Source of the DNA: an uncultured Duncaniella sp.
GTDB lineage: Bacteria; Bacteroidota; Bacteroidia; Bacteroidales; Muribaculaceae
NCBI GenBank assembly: GCA_910584825.1
Contig: CAJUCI010000005.1
Span: 53,055-117,054, forward strand
Direction of reading: 5' to 3'
Length of the DNA stretch: 64,000 nucleotides
Below are positions 21,621 through 32,393 of this stretch, piece by piece. Made by a program: the position numbers and the translations under genes. The notes below the pieces were generated by a model. That model was not told the DNA's origin, searched no databases, and was given only the letters and a program-made list of their open reading frames with translations. Positions within the stretch are counted from its first letter, which is position 1. Each line of letters begins with the position of its first letter.

Positions 21621-23321
21621 TCAGAGTTTGTACTCGGCGATGCTTTCGGGGGCGAAGGTGTTGATGAATTCGGCGTGTTTGGTCACTTCGGCCTGGGCGA
21701 GGTTGAGGTAAACCTCGGCTGAACGGCGGAAGGTGTCGTTGCGCTGGGCGTCGTTCATGAGCAGACAGCTCATGATGGTGACACCGGCCATCTCCACAAG
21801 GCGGCGTGCCATGAAGTCGCCGTAAGCCTGGTCCTCGACCTTGCCGACTGTCTCGACAGCCTTGGCATACATGTCGGCCATCACGCGGATGCGCTCCTTG
21901 ACTGACTGAAGCTCGGGCTTGACATCTGCCTCAAGATATGAGTTGATGAGGTTGAGGTATGTGCCGGTGGTGACGTGGCGGATGGCTGCGACTACCTGAA
22001 GCTGGGTTGTGCCCTCGTAGATTGAGGTGATGCGGGCGTCGCGATAGAGGCGTTCGCAGGCATAATCCTTCATGAAGCCCGAGCCGCCGTGAATCTGGAT
22101 ACAGTCATAGGCGTTCTGGTTGCAGTATTCGCTGCCCATACCCTTTGCGAGGGGGGTGAGGGCGTCGGCCAGGCGTGAGTAGTATTTCGACTCCTTGCGC
22201 TCGTCGGGGGTGAGGCTGCGCTCCTTGGCGATGTCGTCATACACCTTGTACATATCCACGAAGCGTGCGCACTCGTAGAGAAGCGAACGCGATGCGTCGA
22301 GTTTGCCCTTCATTACCGAGAGCATCTCGTAAACGGCGGGGAACTCGATGATGGCCTTGCCGAACTGTTTGCGGTCACGTGCGTAGGCGAGGGCCTCGCG
22401 GTAGGCGAGTTCGCTGACACCGACACTCTGGGCGGCGATGCCGAGGCGTGCGCCGTTCATGAGGGCCATCACATACTTGATGAGGCCGAGACGACGTGAG
22501 CCGCAGAGTTCTGCCTTGGCGTCCTTATAGGTAAGCTCGCAAGTGGGCGAGCCCTTGATGCCCATCTTGTTCTCAATGCGGCGAACGTTTACACCGCCGT
22601 CGCGCTTGTCATAGATGAACATTGACAGGCCGCGGCCGTCCTTGGTGCCGGCCTCTGAGCGGGCGAGCACGAGGTGGATGTCGCTGTCGCCGTTGGTGAT
22701 GAATCGCTTCACACCGTTGAGACGCCATGTGCCGTCGGGCTGCTCGGTGGCCTTGAGCATCACGCTCTGGAGGTCAGAGCCGGCGTCAGGCTCGGTGAGG
22801 TCCATTGACATGGTTTCGCCCTGGCATACGCGTGAGATGAAACGCTGCTTCTGGTCCTCATTGGCAAACTCGTAGATGGTCTCGGCACAGTCCTGCAGAC
22901 CCCAGAGGTTCTCAAAACCGGTGTCGGCACGGCTGACGATGTCGGCGGCCATGATATAGGGGGTGATGGGGAAGTTCAGACCTCCGTAGCGGCGGGGCAT
23001 AGCCATGCCCATGAGTCCGGCCTTGCGGCATGCGTCGAGGTTGACCTGGGTGGCGTCGGCGTAGGTTACGCGTCCGTTCTCCACCTTGGGACCCTGATGG
23101 TCCACATCCTCGGCATTGGGGGCGATGATGTCGCCGCAGATTTCGCCTACAATCTCCAGCACTTTGTCATAGCTGTCCTGGGCATCGGCATAGTCGAGAG
23201 GAGCATAGTCAAACTTCTCGGCATCGGTATAGTTACGTTCTTTCAAGGCTACTATCTTCTCCATCAGCGGATGGGTCAGATGGTGCTTGAGGTCGGGGTT
23301 ATCGGTATAAAAATTAGCCAT
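21621..23321 (-). CDS. Acyl-CoA dehydrogenase (Bacteroidetes ETF-linked)
   Basis: MDLTEPDAGSD, NGVKRFITNG, KMGIKGSPT, RKQFGK, QIHGGSG, IYEGTTQLQ. Confidence 0.95.
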   Translation of the reverse strand: MANFYTDNPDLKHHLTHPLMEKIVALKERNYTDAEKFDYAPLDYADAQDSYDKVLEIVGEICGDIIAPNAEDVDHQGPKVENGRVTYADATQVNLDACRKAGLMGMAMPRRYGGLNFPITPYIMAADIVSRADTGFENLWGLQDCAETIYEFANEDQKQRFISRVCQGETMSMDLTEPDAGSDLQSVMLKATEQPDGTWRLNGVKRFITNGDSDIHLVLARSEAGTKDGRGLSMFIYDKRDGGVNVRRIENKMGIKGSPTCELTYKDAKAELCGSRRLGLIKYVMALMNGARLGIAAQSVGVSELAYREALAYARDRKQFGKAIIEFPAVYEMLSVMKGKLDASRSLLYECARFVDMYKVYDDIAKERSLTPDERKESKYYSRLADALTPLAKGMGSEYCNQNAYDCIQIHGGSGFMKDYACERLYRDARITSIYEGTTQLQVVAAIRHVTTGTYLNLINSYLEADVKPELQSVKERIRVMADMYAKAVETVGKVEDQAYGDFMARRLVEMAGVTIMSCLLMNDAQRNDTFRRSAEVYLNLAQAEVTKHAEFINTFAPESIAEYKL

Positions 23322-23333
23322 TTCTCTATGACG

Positions 23334-24359
23334 TTATTTAGAGTTTTTCTTGTAGTATTTGATGAGCTTGGGCACCACTTCCTCCAGGTTGCCGGTGATT
23401 ACATAGTCGGCGATGGTGTTGATGGGGGCGTTGGGGTCGTTGTTGATGGAGATGATGATTGAGCTCTCCTGCATGCCGGCGATATGCTGAATCTGACCCG
23501 AGATGCCACAGGCGATGTAGAGCTTGGGACGGACGGTAACACCTGTCTGACCAATCTGACGGGCATGCTCGGTGAAGCCTGCGTCGACGGCGGCACGCGA
23601 TGCGCCCACCTCTGCGCCGAGGGTGTCGGCAAGGTCGTGGAGCAGCTTGAAGTTCTCCTTCGAGCCTACGCCATAGCCGCCGGCCACGATGATGGGTGAG
23701 TTCTTGATGTTGATTTTCGACTTCTCGATGTGGCGGTCGATAATCTCGACTACGAAGTCGGCATCGCTGACATACTTTGCGGGGTCGAGGTCGATGACCT
23801 CACCCTGGTGTGCGGGGTCGGCAATCTCCTTTTTCATCACGCCCTCACGCACTGTAGCCATCTGCGGACGGCACTCGGGGTTGACGATGGTGGCCACGAT
23901 GTTGCCGCCGAAAGCGGGGCGAATCTGCAGGAGCAGGTCTTTGTATTCCTGCTTGGTGCGGGGGTCGGTGTGGTCGCCGATTTCGAGTGCGGTGCAGTCG
24001 GCGGTCAGACCGCTGTGCAGACATGAGCTGACGCGGGGGCCGAGGTCGCGGCCTACGCATGTGGCACCCATGAGGCAAATCTGGGGCTTAATCTCGCGGA
24101 AGAGATTGATGAGCACTGCCGAGTGGGGGTTGGAGGTGTAGGGTGAGAGACGCTTGTCAGACACACGGTAGAGGCGGTCGACGCCGTAGGGGAACACCTG
24201 CTCGGGCACGGTGTCGAGATTGTCGCCGACGGCGATGGCCTCGAGCTTGACGCCGAGTCGCTTGGCGAGCACGCGCCCTTTGGTCAGAAGTTCAAGACTC
24301 ACGTCAGCTACGTGGCCATCCTCGATTTCGAGATATACTATGAGATTGTTCTGGTCCAT
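23334..24359 (-). CDS. etfA: Electron transfer flavoprotein alpha subunit
   Basis: GLTADCT, RPAFGGNI, GASRAAVD, QIGQTG, GISGQIQHIAG. Confidence 0.96.
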   Translation of the reverse strand: MDQNNLIVYLEIEDGHVADVSLELLTKGRVLAKRLGVKLEAIAVGDNLDTVPEQVFPYGVDRLYRVSDKRLSPYTSNPHSAVLINLFREIKPQICLMGATCVGRDLGPRVSSCLHSGLTADCTALEIGDHTDPRTKQEYKDLLLQIRPAFGGNIVATIVNPECRPQMATVREGVMKKEIADPAHQGEVIDLDPAKYVSDADFVVEIIDRHIEKSKINIKNSPIIVAGGYGVGSKENFKLLHDLADTLGAEVGASRAAVDAGFTEHARQIGQTGVTVRPKLYIACGISGQIQHIAGMQESSIIISINNDPNAPINTIADYVITGNLEEVVPKLIKYYKKNSK

Positions 24360-24364
24360 TGGGC

Positions 24365-25237
24365 TTATCCGATTGTGTGGTTGTTAATGAGTTCTATCAC
24401 GAGATTTTCGATGGCTGCGTCATTGTTGTCGAGCACAAGGCACTCCTTGGTGGTGAACACTACGTTCTCGACGTTCTTAACCTTGGTGGGCGAGCCGGGC
24501 AGACCTATCTGGGCGGGGTCGGCGTCGACATAAGCCGCGCTCCACTCCTGGAGGTTGAGATAGGGACGCTTCTCGAGCAGGGCCTTGCGCTCGTCGTTGA
24601 GTGCGGCGGCCTCGCTGGGCGATGCGGCGTATTTGTATTTCTGCACACGCATTGCGTTGCGCGGACGGCAGTCGGCTGCGGTGCCGTTGACGGTGACTAC
24701 GCAGGGCAGGGGGGCCTTGACGGTCTCGACGCCGTTCTCAAGACGACGCTTCACTGTGACGTGGCCGTCCTTGAGGTCGAGGATTTCCTCGGCGTAGGTC
24801 ACCTGGGGGATGCCGAGCTTCTCGGCAATCTGCGGGCCCACCTGGGCGGTGTCGCCGTCGATGGCCTGGCGGCCGCCGAGTATGATGTCATAGTTTCCGA
24901 TTTTCTTCACGGCCTGAGCCAGCGAGTAGGATGTGGCGAGGGTGTCGGCACCGCCGAGTGCGCGGTCGGTGAGGACTATGCCGGTGTCGGCTCCGCGGTA
25001 GATGGCTTCGCGAATGATTTCAGCGGCGCGGGGCAGACCCATTGTGAGCAATGTGATTGTCGACCCGGGGTTGGCGTCCTTGAGGCGCAGAGCCTGCTCG
25101 AGCGCGTTGAGGTCCTCGGGGTTGAAGATGGCCGGCAGGGCTGCACGGTTGATGGTGCCATCCTCTTTCATTGCATCTTTGCCCACGTTGCGGGTGTCGG
25201 GCACCTGCTTTGCGAGCACGATGATGTTGAGACTCAT
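24365..25237 (-). CDS. etfB: Electron transfer flavoprotein beta subunit
   Basis: KQVPD, NPEDLNALE, GADTLATS, GRQAIDGDTAQVG. Confidence 0.96.
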   Translation of the reverse strand: MSLNIIVLAKQVPDTRNVGKDAMKEDGTINRAALPAIFNPEDLNALEQALRLKDANPGSTITLLTMGLPRAAEIIREAIYRGADTGIVLTDRALGGADTLATSYSLAQAVKKIGNYDIILGGRQAIDGDTAQVGPQIAEKLGIPQVTYAEEILDLKDGHVTVKRRLENGVETVKAPLPCVVTVNGTAADCRPRNAMRVQKYKYAASPSEAAALNDERKALLEKRPYLNLQEWSAAYVDADPAQIGLPGSPTKVKNVENVVFTTKECLVLDNNDAAIENLVIELINNHTIG

Positions 25238-25295
25238 TTTGTTATAATTTAAGGTTTTATGTAGTTACGTGATATGTCAGGGGCAGATATGAAAC

Positions 25296-25352
25296 AAAAA
25301 GCCCCGTTTTTCCGACAAATATACACATTTTCAGGAAAAACGGAGGCTTTTT
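25296..25352 (-). terminator. Intrinsic terminator of purL
   Basis: aaaaagccccgtttttcc ... ggaaaaacggaggcttttt hairpin with U-tracts on both strands. Confidence 0.75.
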
Positions 25353-25360
25353 AATGTAAA

Positions 25361-28300
25361 TTAATGTGAAACATGCTCTTCAACCCACTTGCGGGCGTTG
25401 ATGAAGGCATCAATCCACGGGGTCACCTCGTCGTTGGCGCGGGTGGCGGGATAATATCCGCACTGCCAGGGGAAGATGGCGCGCTCGAGGTGGGGCATCA
25501 TGGCCAGGTGGCGTCCGTCGGCCGAGCAGAGTCCGGCCACCGAGCAGCGCGAGCCGTTGGGGTTGGCGGGATAGCCGTTGTAGGCATACTTGGCCACGAC
25601 GTTGTAATTGTCCATCGGCATGGGCAGGTGGAACTTGCCCTCGCCGTGGGCCACCCAGATGCCGAGCTTGGAGCCGGCGAGCGAGCCGAGCATCACCGAG
25701 TTGTTGGCGGGGATGGTGACGCCGAGGAACTGTGACTCGAACTTGTGCGAGTCGTTGTGGAGCATCTTGGTCTTCTTGGGGTGCTCGGGGTTGATGAGGC
25801 CAAGCTCAATCATGAGCTGACAGCCGTTGCATATGCCGAGCGAGAGGGTGTCCTCGCGCTTGTAGAAGTTCTCAAGGGCGCGCTTGGCATTCTCGTTGTA
25901 GCGGAAGCCTGACGCCCAGCCCTTGGCCGAGCCGAGCACGTCGGAGTTGGAGAATCCGCCGCAGAACACTATCATGTTGACATCCTCGAGTGTCTCGCGT
26001 CCGCTCATGAGGTCGGTCATGTGTACGTCCTTGACGTCAAATCCGGCCAGATAGAGCGAGTAGGCCATCTCGCGGTCGCCGTTCACACCCTTCTCGCGGA
26101 TGATGGCGGCGCGTACGCGTCCGTCGCCGTGGCCGTCGCGTCGCAGGGCTATGCCGCGCGATGCGAGCTTGCCGTCATAGCCTGAGGGCATGCGGTAGCG
26201 GATTGGCTGCTTCTTGTAGTTCTCGAAACGCTCGCGGGCCTTCTGCTCGCCGCTCTGGAGCGAGTCCATGAGATAGCTGGTGTGCATCCATACGTCGCGC
26301 AGATGGTCGATGCCGAGCAGACGCTGTGTGCCGCAGTGGTTGATGATGAGGGCGCGCTCCTCGGTCGGTGTGCCGATGTGGAGGAACTTGATGCCGGCCT
26401 TGGTGAGGATTTCGTCTACCTTGGCCACCTTGGATGCGTCTACCTGTGCAACGAGGGCGGGGTTCTCGCTGAAGAGTATCTTCACGAGGTCGGTCTCGCC
26501 GAATGCCTCGGTGTCGAGTTCGATACCGCCTGAGACGTTGGCGAATGTCATCTCGAGCAGAGTGGTCACCAGACCTCCGGCCGACACGTCATGGGCGGCG
26601 AGGAGCATCTTCTTGGCCACGAGCTTCTGCACGGTGTCAAAGGTGTTGACAAACGCCTTGGCGTCGGTCACTGTGGGAGCCTCCGAGCCGAGTGCGCCGA
26701 GGGTCTGCGCGAGGGCCGAGCCGCCGAGCTTGAGCGAGTCGCCCGAGAAGTCTATATAATATAAGGTGGAGTCCTTGGCGCGGAGCACGGGCGAGAGGGT
26801 CTTGCGCACGTCGGTGACCTCGCCGGCGGCCGAGATGATGACGGTGCCGGGGGCGTAGACCTTGTCGTCGCCATACTTCTGGGTCATCGACAGCGAGTCC
26901 TTGCCGGTGGGGATGTTGATGCCAAGGGCGCAGGCAAAGTCGCTGCATGCCTCGACGGCGCGGTAGAGGGCTGCGTCCTCGCCGGGGTTCTTGCAGGGCC
27001 ACATCCAGTTGGCACTCAGCGACAGGGCCTTGATGCCGCCGTCAAGCGGGGTGGCCACGATGTTGGTCAGAGCCTCGGCGACAGCCATTACCGAACCCTT
27101 GGCCGAGTCGATGATGGCTACCTGGGGGGCATGGCCGATAGAGGTGGCGATACCCTTGGTGCCGGAGTAGTCGAGGGCCACGACGCCGCAGTCGCTGAGG
27201 GGGAGCTGAATCTCGCCCTGGCACTGCTGGCGGGCTATCTTGCCGGTGATGGAGCGGTCGACCTTGTTGGTGAGCCAGTCCTTCGATGCCACAGCCTCGA
27301 GTGCGAGGGTGTCGGCAACATATTTTTCAATATCGTTCTCATCGTAGGGCACGTTCTTGTAGGTGCTGACTACGGTGGTGTCGGTGAGGGTGGTCTTAGG
27401 CGACGAGCCGAACATGTCGGTCATGGCGAGGTCGATGGGCTTCACGCCATCCTTCTGCTCGAATACGAAACGATGGTCGCCTGTGGTCTCGCCCACGACA
27501 TACATCGGTGCGCGCTCACGGTCGGCGATGGTCTTCACGTAGTCGATGTCCTCCTTCTTGAGCACCATGCCCATGCGCTCCTGGCTCTCGTTGCCGATGA
27601 TTTCCTTTGACGAGAGGGTCTTGTCGCCCACGGGGAGTGCGCCGATTTCAATCTTGCCGCCGGTCTCCTCCACAAGCTCCGAGAGGGCGTTGAGGTGACC
27701 GCCTGCGCCGTGGTCGTGGATTGACACGATTGGGTTGTTGTCGTTTTCGGCGAGTGCGCGGATTACGTTCGATACGCGCTTCTGCATCTCGGGGTTGGCA
27801 CGCTGCACGGCGTTAAGCTCGATGCCCGAGGCATACTGGCCGGTCTCGACCGACGACACTGCGCCGCCGCCCATGCCGATGCGGTAGTTGTCACCACCCA
27901 TCACTACGACGGCTTCGCCGGCTTCGGGCACTCCCTTGATGGCGTCCTTGGCGGCTGCGTAGCCCACGCCGCCGGCAAGCATGATTACCTTGTCGTAGGC
28001 ATACATCTTGCCGTTCTCGTCATGCTCGAATGTGAGGAGCGAGCCGCAGATGAGGGGCTGGCCGAACTTGTTGCCGAAGTCTGACGCGCCGTTGGATGCC
28101 TTGATGAGGATTTCGGCCGGGGTCTGATAGAGCCATGCGCGGGGATTCATCATCAGCTCCCAGGGGTGTCCGCCGAGTCGGGGATATGAGGTCATGTAGA
28201 CGGCTGTGCCGGCGAGGGGGAGCGAGGCGCGTCCTCCGCCGAGACGGTCGCGTATCTCACCGCCGCTACCGGTGGCTGCGCCGTTGAACGGCTCGACGGT

Positions 28301-29059
28301 GGTGGGGAAGTTGTGGGTCTCGGCCTTGAGCGAGAGCACTGTGGGGAGGTCGCGCACCTCGAAGTAGTCGGGGCGTTCGGGGTGGGTGGGGTAGAACTGC
28401 GCTACCGTCGGACCTTCCACGAATGCCACGTTATCCTTGTAGGCCGACACGAGACGGCCGGGGTTGACCTGTGAAGTCTTTTTGATGAGCTTGAAGAGCG
28501 ACAGGGGCTTCTCCTCGCCGTCGATTACGAACGAGCCGTTGAATATCTTGTGGCGGCAGTGCTCGCTGTTGACCTGCGAGAAGCCGAACACCTCGCTGTC
28601 AGTGAGGGGACGGCCCAGACGCTCGGCGAGCTGACGCAGATAGTCCTCCTCCTCCTTAGAGAGGGCGAGGCCTTCGCGCTTGTTGTATTCCGAGATGTCG
28701 GCGATATGCTCGATGGGAGCGGCGGTGTTGGATGTGCTGAACACTCGCGAGTTGAGGCCGTCATACAGGCGTGAGAGCATCTTGTCAAACACGGGCTCTT
28801 CGGCTGTGGTGCGGTGAAACTCCTCGATGCGGGTGATGCCCTCGAGACCCATGTTCTGGGTGATTTCCACTGCGTTGGTGCTCCAGGGGGTAATCATCTC
28901 CTTGCGGGGTCCGACGAAGCGGCCCTTGACGGATGTGGAGCTCAGGGGGGTGGCTCCGTCAAAGAGCCAAGTGAGCTTTTCAGCCTCCTCGGGGGAGAAC
29001 TTGTGATTCGTCTCTACGGCGTAAATCAGATTCGCGCCTTTCTTAAAAAATACGACCAT
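25361..29059 (-). CDS. purL: Phosphoribosylformylglycinamidine synthase (large PurL)
   Basis: QVNSEHCRHKIF, KAETHNFP, HDHGAGG, GGFSNSD, GICNGCQ, AHGEG, MMPHLER. Confidence 0.98.
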   Translation of the reverse strand: MVVFFKKGANLIYAVETNHKFSPEEAEKLTWLFDGATPLSSTSVKGRFVGPRKEMITPWSTNAVEITQNMGLEGITRIEEFHRTTAEEPVFDKMLSRLYDGLNSRVFSTSNTAAPIEHIADISEYNKREGLALSKEEEDYLRQLAERLGRPLTDSEVFGFSQVNSEHCRHKIFNGSFVIDGEEKPLSLFKLIKKTSQVNPGRLVSAYKDNVAFVEGPTVAQFYPTHPERPDYFEVRDLPTVLSLKAETHNFPTTVEPFNGAATGSGGEIRDRLGGGRASLPLAGTAVYMTSYPRLGGHPWELMMNPRAWLYQTPAEILIKASNGASDFGNKFGQPLICGSLLTFEHDENGKMYAYDKVIMLAGGVGYAAAKDAIKGVPEAGEAVVVMGGDNYRIGMGGGAVSSVETGQYASGIELNAVQRANPEMQKRVSNVIRALAENDNNPIVSIHDHGAGGHLNALSELVEETGGKIEIGALPVGDKTLSSKEIIGNESQERMGMVLKKEDIDYVKTIADRERAPMYVVGETTGDHRFVFEQKDGVKPIDLAMTDMFGSSPKTTLTDTTVVSTYKNVPYDENDIEKYVADTLALEAVASKDWLTNKVDRSITGKIARQQCQGEIQLPLSDCGVVALDYSGTKGIATSIGHAPQVAIIDSAKGSVMAVAEALTNIVATPLDGGIKALSLSANWMWPCKNPGEDAALYRAVEACSDFACALGINIPTGKDSLSMTQKYGDDKVYAPGTVIISAAGEVTDVRKTLSPVLRAKDSTLYYIDFSGDSLKLGGSALAQTLGALGSEAPTVTDAKAFVNTFDTVQKLVAKKMLLAAHDVSAGGLVTTLLEMTFANVSGGIELDTEAFGETDLVKILFSENPALVAQVDASKVAKVDEILTKAGIKFLHIGTPTEERALIINHCGTQRLLGIDHLRDVWMHTSYLMDSLQSGEQKARERFENYKKQPIRYRMPSGYDGKLASRGIALRRDGHGDGRVRAAIIREKGVNGDREMAYSLYLAGFDVKDVHMTDLMSGRETLEDVNMIVFCGGFSNSDVLGSAKGWASGFRYNENAKRALENFYKREDTLSLGICNGCQLMIELGLINPEHPKKTKMLHNDSHKFESQFLGVTIPANNSVMLGSLAGSKLGIWVAHGEGKFHLPMPMDNYNVVAKYAYNGYPANPNGSRCSVAGLCSADGRHLAMMPHLERAIFPWQCGYYPATRANDEVTPWIDAFINARKWVEEHVSH

Positions 29060-29094
29060 AAGTGTCTGGCTATGTCAATGAATGGTTTATGACA

Positions 29095-29126
29095 CAAAAT
29101 TACAACAAATCCGACACTTGGACAAA
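29095..29126 (-). promoter_or_regulatory. Bacteroidetes promoter for purL (-33 TTTG, -7 TAATTTTG)
   Basis: Minus strand: TTTG (29126-29123), 20-nt spacer, TAATTTTG (29102-29095). Confidence 0.65.
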
Positions 29127-29189
29127 TCTTTTTTGAGTGAGTGGCGATAATATGGGGCGGATGTGTGACGCGGCCTCGGGGGCGGACGG

Positions 29190-30098
29190 TCAGGCCCGGT
29201 GGTGGTCGGGGTGGTATGGCTCGACGTGGACGGTGATGATGCTGTCGGGGCCGAGGAGGTCGCGGAGGGTGTCTTCGACGCCGGTGGCTATGGCGTGGCC
29301 TTGCGTCACGGTGATGTAGGGGTCGACCTTTATGTGGAGTTCGGCGAGATAGGAGTGGCCGTTGCGGCGGGTGCGCAGACGGTGGAATGCCTTGACCCCT
29401 GGCACGGCCATTATACGCTGCTCTATCTGCCGCAGCTGGTCGGCGGGCAGGGAGCGTTCGAGCAGCTCGTCAATCGAAGGACGGCCTATCTCGATGGCCG
29501 AACCGGCGATGAAGAATGCTATGAGTATCGACACGATGGGGTCGATTATGCGCCACCCTTCGCCCATGAGGTAGGCCACGGTGACGCCGACGAGCGTGGC
29601 GATTGACGAGACGGCGTCGCTGCGGTGATGCCACGCGTTGGCTATGAGCGACGATGAGTCGATGCGGCGGCCTGTGGCGATGGTGTAGCGGTAGAGCCAC
29701 TCCTTGGAGAGGATGGCTATGACGGCGACAACGATGGTCCACACGTCGGGGCGGGGTAGCACCTTGCCGCCCAGCGAGCCGATGACGGCCTTAATGCCGC
29801 TCCAGCCGATGCCCACAGCCACGCCGAGGAGTATCACGGCTATGAGCAGCGAGGCGAATGTCTCGTATTTGCCGTGGCCGTAGGGATGGGCCGAGTCGGC
29901 ACTCTTGTAGGCGATGCCTACGAATGCGAGCACTATGAGGTCGGTGGCGAAGTCGCTGAGCGAGTGCACGCCGTCGGCCACGAGGGCGTCGCTGTGGCCG
30001 TAATATCCGATGGCAATCTTTATCACCATCAGCACGGCGTTGACCCAAAAGCCTACCCATGTGACGTGGCGTATGATGTGGACGTTATGCTGTGTCAT
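29190..30098 (-). CDS. Cation diffusion facilitator (FieF-like) transporter
   Basis: SDALVADGVHSLSD, HPYGHGKYE, ANAWHHRSD, VHVEP. Confidence 0.93.
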   Translation of the reverse strand: MTQHNVHIIRHVTWVGFWVNAVLMVIKIAIGYYGHSDALVADGVHSLSDFATDLIVLAFVGIAYKSADSAHPYGHGKYETFASLLIAVILLGVAVGIGWSGIKAVIGSLGGKVLPRPDVWTIVVAVIAILSKEWLYRYTIATGRRIDSSSLIANAWHHRSDAVSSIATLVGVTVAYLMGEGWRIIDPIVSILIAFFIAGSAIEIGRPSIDELLERSLPADQLRQIEQRIMAVPGVKAFHRLRTRRNGHSYLAELHIKVDPYITVTQGHAIATGVEDTLRDLLGPDSIITVHVEPYHPDHHRA

Positions 30099-30116
30099 TG
30101 CATGTGTGAAAAATAA

Positions 30117-30156
30117 AGTTCAGGGGAAGCGAGCCGTGAAGCCTATCCCCTGAACT
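30117..30156. terminator. Hairpin downstream of the M3 peptidase gene
   Basis: agttcagggga / tcccctgaact. Confidence 0.55.
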
Positions 30157-30187
30157 ATAAACTTTAAACTCTAAACCTTATAAACGC

Positions 30188-32359
30188 TTACTTGCCTCCC
30201 TGAGTTTTGATGTCGCCACCCTGAGCAGGTGTCGACGAGGGGATGAGGCCGCGGTTGCGAAGGAGGGCGTCGACCGAGGGCTGGTGGCCGCGGAAGCGCA
30301 CATACAGCTCCATCGGGTCCTCGCTGCCGCCCATCTCGAGGATATTCTCCTTGAACGAGCGTGCGGTCTCGGGGTCGAAGATGCCCTTCTGGGCAAACAG
30401 TTCGAAGCCGTCGGTGTCAAGCACCTCGGCCCATAGATAGGTGTAGTAGCCCGAGGCGTAGCCGTCGCTGCCGAACACGTGCTTGAAGTAGGGCGAACGA
30501 TAGCGGTAGGCTATCTGCGAGGGCATGCCGAGCTTTTCGGCTACCTGCTTCTCGAAGGCGTCGACGTCAATCACGTCGCTCTCCGAAGGGTTGAGCGCGC
30601 CCCACTCGAGGTCAAGGAGGGCAGCACCGGCAAGCTCGGTGGTGGTGAAGCCCTGGTTGTGGGTCGAAGCGGCCTGGAGCTTGTTGATAAGCTCGGTGGG
30701 TATCACCTCGCCGGTCTTGTAGTGGTGGGCAAACTCCTTGAGCAGTTCAGGCTCCATAGCCCAGTGCTCGGTAATCTGCGAGGGGAGCTCTACGAAGTCG
30801 CGGTCGACGCTGGTGCCTGACTGCGAGCGGAGCTTGGCGCGGCTGAGCATGCCGTGGAGGCCGTGGCCGAACTCGTGGAACATCGTCTCGACCTCGTCGA
30901 GGGTCAGCAGTGCGGGGGTGTCGCCGGTGGGGCGGGTGAAGTTGCCGACGTTATAGATGATGGGACGCTCCACGGTGCCGTCGGGGTCGACAAACGAGCT
31001 TTTCAGCTCATCCATCCATGCGCCCTGACGCTTGGTGGCGCGGGGGAAGTAGTCGGTCATGAACACGGCCACGTGCTCGCCGGTTTTGGCGTCGGTCACG
31101 TCATAGACAATAACTTCGGGATTGTATTTGGGGGCGTCGGGCATTTCGGTGAACTTCACGCCGTAAAGACGCTCGGCGAGGGTGAAGATGCCTTTGCGCA
31201 CGTTGTCGAGGGGGAAGTAGGCACTCACCTCGTTCTCGTCGAGGTCAAATTTCTTAGCCCTTACCTTCTCGGCATAGTAGTAATAGTCCCAAGGCTCGAT
31301 GGTGATGTCCTTGCCTTCGGCGCGGGCATACTCGGTCATCTCGGCCACCTCTTCGTTGGCACGGTTGACGGCGGGTGTCCATATCTTCATGAGCAGGTCG
31401 GTGGCTGCCTGGGGGGTCTTGGCCATAACGTTGTCGGTCATGTAGGATGCGAAGTCCTTGTAGCCGAGCAGGGCGGCCTTGCGGGCGCGTATCTTCACGA
31501 TGTCGCCGATGATGGGGCGGTTGTCATAGGGAGCCTGTGAGGCGAGGTTGATGTAGCCGTTGTACATCTGCTTGCGGATGTCGCGCGAGTCGGCATACTT
31601 GAGCACCGGCAGACGGCTGGGGGCGTGGAGTGTGAACACCCACTTGCCCTCCTTGCCGCGCTCCTTGGCCTCGGTGGCGGCGGTGGCTACGATGCCGGCG
31701 GGGATGCCGGCGAGGTCGGCCTTGTTGTCAACCACAAGCTCAAACGAGTTGGTGGCGGCAAGAAGATTCTTGTTGAACTTGAGGAAGAGGTCGGTCAGCT
31801 CCTTGTTGATGTCCATGAGCTTCTGCTTGTCGGCATCCGAGAGTAGCGCGCCGTTGCGCACGAAGTCTTTGTATGACAGCTCGATGGCACGCACCTCGTA
31901 GGGCTTGAGACCGAGGTCGGCGCGGCGGTCGTAGAGCGACTTGACGCGGGCAAACAGTTTGGGGTCCATCGAGATTTCATCCGATGCGGTTGATACCATC
32001 GGGAGGATTACCTCTGAAAGCTCCTGAATCTCGGGAGTGTTGTCGGTCTCGGAGAGTGAGCCGAACACGCGCATCACCCTTGACAGCAGACGGCCAGACT
32101 TCTCCATAGCGAGGATAGTGTTCTCAAAAGTCGGCTCGGCGGGATTGTCGGCGATAGCCTTGATTTCGGCACGGCGGTCGGCGATGCCCTTCTCTACGGC
32201 GGGCATGTAGTCGCTGTACTGTATCTTTTCAAACGGGGGGATGTCATACTTGGTGCCGTAGGGTTGCATGAACGGGTTGGCACGCTGGGTCTCGGCGGTC
32301 ATAGCCATCGGGGTTGTGAGCACGGCTGCAATCAGGGCGGCTCGGATTAATGATTTCAT
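30188..32359 (-). CDS. dcp: M3 metallopeptidase (peptidyl-dipeptidase Dcp-like)
   Basis: Start MKSLIRAA at 32359 with signal peptide; FHEFGHGLH, DFVELPSQ, YASGYYTYLW. Confidence 0.92.
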   Translation of the reverse strand: MKSLIRAALIAAVLTTPMAMTAETQRANPFMQPYGTKYDIPPFEKIQYSDYMPAVEKGIADRRAEIKAIADNPAEPTFENTILAMEKSGRLLSRVMRVFGSLSETDNTPEIQELSEVILPMVSTASDEISMDPKLFARVKSLYDRRADLGLKPYEVRAIELSYKDFVRNGALLSDADKQKLMDINKELTDLFLKFNKNLLAATNSFELVVDNKADLAGIPAGIVATAATEAKERGKEGKWVFTLHAPSRLPVLKYADSRDIRKQMYNGYINLASQAPYDNRPIIGDIVKIRARKAALLGYKDFASYMTDNVMAKTPQAATDLLMKIWTPAVNRANEEVAEMTEYARAEGKDITIEPWDYYYYAEKVRAKKFDLDENEVSAYFPLDNVRKGIFTLAERLYGVKFTEMPDAPKYNPEVIVYDVTDAKTGEHVAVFMTDYFPRATKRQGAWMDELKSSFVDPDGTVERPIIYNVGNFTRPTGDTPALLTLDEVETMFHEFGHGLHGMLSRAKLRSQSGTSVDRDFVELPSQITEHWAMEPELLKEFAHHYKTGEVIPTELINKLQAASTHNQGFTTTELAGAALLDLEWGALNPSESDVIDVDAFEKQVAEKLGMPSQIAYRYRSPYFKHVFGSDGYASGYYTYLWAEVLDTDGFELFAQKGIFDPETARSFKENILEMGGSEDPMELYVRFRGHQPSVDALLRNRGLIPSSTPAQGGDIKTQGGK

Positions 32360-32393
32360 GTTTATTAAATTAGGGTTAATGTTGCTGATGTGG

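Noticed and set aside
24359..25252. 297-aa plus-strand ORF
   Set aside because: It is an antisense shadow of etfB.
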